A DNA stretch of 62,898 bases, counting the filler, from Octopus bimaculoides (taxonomy: Eukaryota): assembly GCF_001194135.2 (NCBI RefSeq). It is 4 parts of 4 records of this genome, joined end to end, with 100 filler letters (N's around TTAATTAATTAA, not from the genome) between each part and the next. Parts side by side here need not be neighbours in the genome. Positions count along the whole stretch, not along the records: positions 40,388 to 62,898 come from NC_069006.1; 3 more parts are not named here. One strand, 5' to 3'. Below the pieces are notes generated by a model. That model had not been told where the DNA came from, searched no databases, and worked only from the letters and a program-made list of their open reading frames with translations. How positions within the stretch are numbered: position 1 is the first letter of the stretch; each line of letters opens with the position of its first letter. Made by a program: the position numbers and the translations under genes. Below are positions 62,744 through 62,898 of this stretch, piece after piece.

Positions 62744-62853
62744 CTGGATAAAGAAGAGTGACAAAATATATATAAAAACAAAAAATCCAAATTTAGTGGT
62801 TACCTTTAAATAAAACCCCCATTACCTCAAAATGTAGTGACCCCTATATAATT

Positions 62854-62898
<45 letters not shown>

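Overview
AT-rich, microsatellite-dense, gapped eukaryotic scaffold. The SINE families, (TA)n/(CA)n/(TTA)n arrays and N-gap pattern suggest an octopod cephalopod such as Octopus (inference). Two spliced minus-strand genes can be supported: (1) two exons of a CCDC77 homologue at the left end, one of them an unusually long charged low-complexity exon; (2) nine GT-AG, phase-consistent 3' exons of an SLC2A/GLUT-family sugar transporter at the right end. The ~50 kb between them is mostly decayed mobile DNA: a Penelope-like retroelement with a 5' inversion, a head-to-tail nest of R4/Dong-type RLE LINE fragments sitting in (TAA)n arrays, an internally deleted Helitron, a deleted mariner, Merlin-, hAT-, Tc1- and piggyBac-type non-autonomous elements, several hairpins/palindromes and dozens of SINE copies. 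There is no CRISPR array, rRNA or intact tRNA. No wholly new system is demonstrable from the sequence alone. The best leads are the transposon architectures, the CCDC77 extension, the substituted GLUT binding site and a duplicated GLUT splice donor.
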